A DNA stretch of 64,000 bases from Ignavibacteriota bacterium (GTDB taxonomy: Bacteria; Bacteroidota; Ignavibacteria; UBA10030; UBA6906). Where the stretch lies: NCBI GenBank assembly GCA_963801355.1, contig CAWDEM010000008.1:1312001-1376000 (forward strand), written 5' to 3'. The notes under the pieces were generated by a model. That model did not search any database. It was not told the origin of the DNA and worked only from the letters and a program-made list of their open reading frames with translations. The position numbers and the translations under genes are program-made. Of the stretch, positions 59,022 through 64,000 are shown in pieces; the stretch's first letter is position 1; each line of letters begins with the position of its first letter.

Positions 59022-61094
59022 TCACTTAATCAACATCATGCGCCCGCCAAGCAGCGCATCACCAAAATCTATGATATAGAAGTAGGCACCCGAGGGGACC
59101 GGAAGACCGCCCTGGCCGGTGGCATTCCACTCCACCCGGTAGTCCCCTGCTCCCTGAACCGCGACCGTCAGTATCCGCACTACCTGTCCGGCGCTGTTAT
59201 AGATTTTCACAAGTACTGGATGATTGAGCGGTTTAGTCACGCGAAATGAAATCACGGTGCCGGCATTGAACGGATTTGGATAGTTACCCAGCAGCTGATA
59301 GCTCTGGGGTACATGTGTGCCCGGCTCCGATGCACCCTGCTCCACCGCAGTGGATGTGCCTCCGGAAAAGCTCGTGAACGGGCTGACGACGCCATAGCGG
59401 AGACTCAGATCAATGATCTCCTTTTTGATCTCTGCAGCCAGGGAGGATCCGGACGGGGCGCTGTAGTACCGAACGAGCAGAAACTCGATCTTCAGCTTTG
59501 CCCACAGTTTTGGCAGGAAGGAGTACTTCTCTACAAGTGTGTCAGCCAAAGAAAGCTGGTATTGATACGATACGGGCCGCCCGAAGCTCGTTCCCGAAAA
59601 CGTCACCGTCCCACCCAGTGCCGAGGTGTACACCCCGCTCACCAGAAGCTGTTGACCTTTGTACAGGTTGGGCAAGGGATTGGGGTACGGTTCGGAAATC
59701 ACGGGTGAAGAGAAACTGATTTTGGGTCCGATCATCACCGGATTCCGGATTGTGTTGTAGAAGTCGATGATGCGCGACTCGAGCTGATCGTTCCCCAGGA
59801 ATTCCGCAACACCGGAATTCAGTGAGGCAATCAATGTCAGAAGTTGCGTGTTGACATCAGAACCGATCCCGAAAGTGAATATGTAGATGGTTTTCCCGGT
59901 GGCCTTGACGGTACGCGAAACGAGGGCAAGTATACTGTCGCTATTGATCTGGCCGGCCGTGGCTTGCCCATCCGTCAGGAAGATAATCAAGTTGGCAGCG
60001 GTATCGGAGACAGACTGGAAATACGGAATCGTTTTCTGGAAGGCCCCTCCGATATTCGTCAGGTTCCGCGCACCAAGCGTGTTGATGTACGCAAGGGCAG
60101 AATCCCGTGTAAACGCTGTGTATGGAACCAGGCCGGCACGGAAGGATGTGATCTGGTCATCGAAATCCACAAGAGTGAACCAATCTCCCTCGTTCAGATT
60201 GTTCACGATGTACTTGGCGGCATTTTGCGCCTGCACAATTTTGGTTCCGTACATACTCCCCGAACGGTCAATGATGACCGCAAAGTTCTTCTTGATCACA
60301 TCCGTGCCGGTCGGGCTTGGCTCGACGACAAATGTGAAATATCCGAGAGTGTCCGATGGCTTCGTGCTGAACGAGAAGAGTCCGAGCTCCGTCGTCCGCA
60401 GGGAGAAGGAAACGACATAATTTGTGTCTGCCGGGGCCAGGTTCCGCTCAAAAGTCACAAGTGCCTGGTTGCCGGAATTGGCGGTGGTCCCTCCGCCGGG
60501 TGTCAGCAGGTTGATCGCTTCGATCGTCCGCTGCGACGAAAGCGAGAAGGTAAACGTCTGAGTCTGCAGCGCTGTTGTCTGGATCGGCCGGTAGTTGTTC
60601 GGGTACAGGTACTGGACGTTGCCGAATTTGTATGGGAGCAGTTCAACATACGTGAGTTCCACGGTCACCAGCGAATCGGGCTTGAGCTTCCTCGGCAGAC
60701 TGAAGAACAGGGGCTTTTCACCAAGGTAGGACTTCAGACTCGCCATCATCGTTGTTCCTGTGCCAGGCAGTGTCGAGTCCTGTGGCTGCGCGACGAAGCT
60801 CGCCTGGTACCAGGTAGATCCTTCTTGCCATCGCAACCGGGTCGCGGTTGCACCGGAGGGCATCGGAAAAGCATAGCTCACCGTGACCTCTGCCGCTGAG
60901 GAATTCATGAACTCTTGGGTCGTCGTCGTCATTGAAACCTGGCTTTCGACGTTGACCTGAACTCTGCTCCAGAGGACCTTGGCATACGTGCCTTTTGTCG
61001 CATCGCTGACGAGAACGCCGGTCGCCGGCGATGTGCTCTGGAGAAGCAGAAGCAACACCAGCACGCCCGGCGCATGCTTCTTTCGAAAGGTCAT
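59022..61094 (-). CDS. Second T9SS-secreted VIT + vWA protein
   Basis: QEFMNS...YAFPMP, MIDAS DRSGSM, FLTDGQAT, YGVVSPFTSF, CTD; start MTFRKK at 61094. Confidence 0.88.
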   Translation of the reverse strand: MTFRKKHAPGVLVLLLLLQSTSPATGVLVSDATKGTYAKVLWSRVQVNVESQVSMTTTTQEFMNSSAAEVTVSYAFPMPSGATATRLRWQEGSTWYQASFVAQPQDSTLPGTGTTMMASLKSYLGEKPLFFSLPRKLKPDSLVTVELTYVELLPYKFGNVQYLYPNNYRPIQTTALQTQTFTFSLSSQRTIEAINLLTPGGGTTANSGNQALVTFERNLAPADTNYVVSFSLRTTELGLFSFSTKPSDTLGYFTFVVEPSPTGTDVIKKNFAVIIDRSGSMYGTKIVQAQNAAKYIVNNLNEGDWFTLVDFDDQITSFRAGLVPYTAFTRDSALAYINTLGARNLTNIGGAFQKTIPYFQSVSDTAANLIIFLTDGQATAGQINSDSILALVSRTVKATGKTIYIFTFGIGSDVNTQLLTLIASLNSGVAEFLGNDQLESRIIDFYNTIRNPVMIGPKISFSSPVISEPYPNPLPNLYKGQQLLVSGVYTSALGGTVTFSGTSFGRPVSYQYQLSLADTLVEKYSFLPKLWAKLKIEFLLVRYYSAPSGSSLAAEIKKEIIDLSLRYGVVSPFTSFSGGTSTAVEQGASEPGTHVPQSYQLLGNYPNPFNAGTVISFRVTKPLNHPVLVKIYNSAGQVVRILTVAVQGAGDYRVEWNATGQGGLPVPSGAYFYIIDFGDALLGGRMMLIK

Positions 61095-61232
61095 AAGTTC
61101 ACCTGGCGGAAACCTGCCTTGAGGAAAACACGATGGAGGTGTCGCAAGACTGGTAGGACGGAAGTGCGAACGCCTTCCCGTACGATTGATGTGCATTTGA
61201 GCTTTCGCGCCCCCATGACGGGGCAATCTGCC

Positions 61233-62585
61233 CTATTGCAGAAGAAGAAGCTTGCCCGTCTGGGCGAATTCCCCCGCTCGACCTTTGGAGTCCCGTCCGA
61301 TGGCGGAGTCCAGAGGTCGGACTTGCATCCGATAGAAATACACGCCGCTGGGGAGGCCGGTGGCGTGGAAAACCACTTCGTGATATCCTGCCTCCTGTTC
61401 GCCATTCTTGAGAAGGGCGACCCGCCCGCCGAGGACGTCAAAGATCGTCAGTGTGACAATGGCGCGATGCGGCAGGCTGTAGCGGATCGTCGTTGACGGG
61501 TTGAAGGGGTTGGGATAGTTTTGTTCCAGCGTGAACTCATGCGGCACAGGCTTCGTCGAGTTCAACACAGAGGCCGGCCCGTCATCGGACCACGCATAGC
61601 CGATCTGCCAATGCTGTGTTGCACCTGACCTCCCGGAATACCACATGTGGAATCTGTTGTTGACGAACAGCACATCAGCAGTCCCCAGTGTTGCCTCCCA
61701 TGTAGCACCGGCCGTCAATATCGGTTCGTTGGAACCACGCATCCAATGTATTCCGTCCTCCGAGTATGCCCATCCGAATGCACTCGGTCCGGTTGAGGCC
61801 ATCCCCTGGTAGATCATTTGAAAAAGGCCCTTGCAGAACACCACAGCGGGAGTGGCAACTTCGTAGCCATCCCATCCGGATGTGTTCTTCACGAATACTG
61901 GATTGCCCGCGTACTTAGTCCATACTTTGCCGTCGGTCGACGTCGCTAAACCGATTCCTTCCCAATGATCGCCGCTTGTTCCGTTGTACCACAAATAGTA
62001 CACGCCGTCCTTCAGCACTACATCACACCAGCCAATGTTCTTTGAATCCCACGACCCAGCGGTGCCGGTCGTGAGCACGGGGTTGCCCGCAAACTTGTGC
62101 CATGCTACGCCGTCGGAGGAGAAGGCTCCGCCGATACTGTATTTCCCTTGACTCACTCCGGTGTAGAAAAGCTGGTACTCCGATCCCGTATACACGGCCC
62201 TGGAAGCATCTATCCCCCCTTCATCAAATGACCCGGCCGGACCTGCCAGAAGCACAGGATTGCGGGCGTAGAGGTACCAATCAGTTCCGTTCTGGGATTC
62301 CGCCTGGGACACGCTGAACTTTGAACCGTATTGACTGGTCGAAGAGGTGAACCACATTGTGAATTTCTGAGCCACACTGTCATAGAGCACTGTCGGCTCG
62401 AGGAGATGCGTATATCCACTGGGGTCATTGACGTTGTTACTGCTGTATGGCATTACCGGGTTGCTCTCGGACTTTGTCCAGTATGCCTGCGCGTTCACAC
62501 AATTCACCACGATGCTCGTCAGAAATGCGTGCGCCGCAAACAGAGAGATGACGCGGTAGAATACCTTGGAGATATGGATTGTCAA
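61233..62585 (-). CDS. T9SS-secreted five-bladed beta-propeller (GH32/43/130-like fold)
   Basis: Repeats WxKxxxNPVL..G.WD, IGxAxSxDG; CTD; probable TTG start at 62585 after AGGAGG. Confidence 0.78.
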   Translation of the reverse strand: MTIHISKVFYRVISLFAAHAFLTSIVVNCVNAQAYWTKSESNPVMPYSSNNVNDPSGYTHLLEPTVLYDSVAQKFTMWFTSSTSQYGSKFSVSQAESQNGTDWYLYARNPVLLAGPAGSFDEGGIDASRAVYTGSEYQLFYTGVSQGKYSIGGAFSSDGVAWHKFAGNPVLTTGTAGSWDSKNIGWCDVVLKDGVYYLWYNGTSGDHWEGIGLATSTDGKVWTKYAGNPVFVKNTSGWDGYEVATPAVVFCKGLFQMIYQGMASTGPSAFGWAYSEDGIHWMRGSNEPILTAGATWEATLGTADVLFVNNRFHMWYSGRSGATQHWQIGYAWSDDGPASVLNSTKPVPHEFTLEQNYPNPFNPSTTIRYSLPHRAIVTLTIFDVLGGRVALLKNGEQEAGYHEVVFHATGLPSGVYFYRMQVRPLDSAIGRDSKGRAGEFAQTGKLLLLQ

Positions 62586-62664
62586 CTCACCCTCCTTCGT
62601 TTTCCCCCTGAACCTCTTACCAATGTACAGCGTGATTACAGTATTGTCAACAAGCCTGAAATGT

Positions 62665-62707
62665 CGAATGATTCCCACACGAATGATTCCCACCAGTGAT
62701 TCCCACA
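62665..62707. repeat. TGATTCCCAC x3 direct repeats
   Basis: Copies at 62669, 62684, 62697. Confidence 0.75.
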
Positions 62708-62745
62708 GATCGTTCACAGGCTCTTTTCAGATCGTCCTAAAACAC

Positions 62746-62775
62746 AAAAGGGGTCGGTGTTAAATGCCGGACCCC
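62746..62775 (-). terminator. Intrinsic terminator after the Ycf48-like gene
   Basis: - strand GGGGTCCGGCATTTAACACCGACCCC followed by TTTT. Confidence 0.6.
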
Positions 62776-62803
62776 ATTGATTTCGCTGCGAATGAAGAGT
62801 CAC

Positions 62804-64000
62804 TCACTTTAGAAAAACGAGCTTGCGCGTCTGGGCGAAATTGCCTGTTTCGAGGCGGTAGAAGTACACCCCGCTTGACAATTCCGATGAGTCGAACCTG
62901 ACCTCGTGGACGCCCGCAGGTTTCCTCTCATTCACCAGCACAGAGACTTCACGCCCGAACAAGTCGGATATACTCAGCCTCACATCCGAGGATTTAGGCA
63001 ACTCGTACCTGATGGTCGTGCTCGGGTTGAATGGGTTGGGGTAGTTCTGGTAAAGCGCAACCTCCGTCGGCAAGGGGTCCTCTTCCTCGGCCCAGGTGAG
63101 TCCCCCGTTTGTGGTGTGCAGAATGGTTCCTGAATCCCCTGCGGCAAAACCCCGAGATTCATCGGCGAAGGAAATCGATCTCAGACCCGCGTTCGTCGGA
63201 ACAGGTGCCAGCGACCATGTGTCTCCCCCGTCTTTCGAGCGAAAGATCATCCCGCGATCGCCACAGGCATATATGATCCGTGCAGACGGTGCCGATACGC
63301 CGTGCAACGTACCGTCAACAGCTGAAGCACTGAAGATCGTCGTCCATGTCGAGTCCGTTATCGACTTCCGGACAATTGCTGGGGCTGCGCGAAAATCGCC
63401 CGTGACTCCCACAATGAACCCCGGTCCACCTCCCTCACAGAACTCACCCCGGAATGCCTGAGACCCCAGGCCCCGAAAGGACTGAAGAATGGTTTCCGTC
63501 CAGGGGCTTGGAGGAAACTCCGTCGCAGTGTGAAGTGTGTAGGGGGTCAGGGCATACACTGGCAGTCCTAAAACATACGTGCCCCTCCAAGCGAATAGAG
63601 ACAGTACCGGCCACTTGCTGATCTGTTCGGAAGACCATGTAGCTCCTGTGTCAATCGAATGATGGACCCAACCGGAGTCGTCACCAACGTAAATATTCCC
63701 GGGGCCGATCTGAAGCACGGACAGACAGTTTCTCCCTTTGGGAATCCCATGCCAGCGCCATTGATCACCTCCGTCCGTCGTGGTGGCGACATGACCAAAG
63801 TCGCCCGCGACTGTACCGGATGAGTCCGAGAAAAACGATATGGCATTCCAGGGATGGACAAACAGCGGGAGCAGCGGCACTATGGTCCATGTGTCTCCGG
63901 CATCTGAGGTCCGGAGGATGGATCCATCTCTTGCGACAGCGATTGCCGCCGTGGGACTGAGGGCAACGATATCTGAGATCTCAGCGGCCGTGCCGCTTTT
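62804..64000 (-). CDS. T9SS-secreted Ycf48/BNR-like beta-propeller protein (5' end outside the window)
   Basis: Frame open to the window edge (KSGTAAEISDIV...); TxDGGxxW repeats, GDSGTILHT; CTD. Confidence 0.85.
   Translation of the reverse strand, partial: KSGTAAEISDIVALSPTAAIAVARDGSILRTSDAGDTWTIVPLLPLFVHPWNAISFFSDSSGTVAGDFGHVATTTDGGDQWRWHGIPKGRNCLSVLQIGPGNIYVGDDSGWVHHSIDTGATWSSEQISKWPVLSLFAWRGTYVLGLPVYALTPYTLHTATEFPPSPWTETILQSFRGLGSQAFRGEFCEGGGPGFIVGVTGDFRAAPAIVRKSITDSTWTTIFSASAVDGTLHGVSAPSARIIYACGDRGMIFRSKDGGDTWSLAPVPTNAGLRSISFADESRGFAAGDSGTILHTTNGGLTWAEEEDPLPTEVALYQNYPNPFNPSTTIRYELPKSSDVRLSISDLFGREVSVLVNERKPAGVHEVRFDSSELSSGVYFYRLETGNFAQTRKLVFLK

Noticed and set aside
61095-61232. Riboswitch in the VIT-vWA leader (also considered 44095-44300)
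   Set aside because: Only short hairpins; no consensus of a known riboswitch class recognised.
37749-64000. Diversity-generating retroelement acting on the similar CTD 3' ends
   Set aside because: No reverse transcriptase or template repeat in the window, and the differences are not adenine-specific.

Overview
GC-rich bacterial window. Nine genes end in a 'QNYPNPFN'-type T9SS C-terminal domain (CTD), which suggests an Ignavibacteria-like FCB/Bacteroidota lineage (inference). 1-37.7 kb is a large beta-mannan/glucomannan utilisation locus: histidine kinase plus an orphan solute-binding protein, cellobiose 2-epimerase, TonB-dependent receptor followed by a T9SS beta-helix/CBM protein (no susD), three GH5, GH27, two GH94, GH130_1 and GH130_2, SASA esterase, SSS and GPH transporters, GH88/105 and a large unassigned clan-A GH. 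Three of its operons have a sigma54 -24/-12 promoter, each paired with the same AT-rich 7-3-7 palindrome. 37.7-44.1 kb and 54.8-64 kb are arrays of T9SS-secreted beta-propeller, FG-GAP and VIT-vWA proteins, several with in-frame repeat-derived insertions in their CTDs. 44.5-54.6 kb holds a J-domain-like/LRR protein, NmrA, LysE and an oxidoreductase-NagB-like-deacetylase-epimerase-zwf-pgl cluster. Intergenic spacers carry many small degenerate tandem repeats and a dispersed GGGGTC(A/T)GACCCC REP-like palindrome. No rRNA, tRNA, CRISPR array, transposase or integrase was recognised. All calls come from motif reading by eye; no database searches were run.
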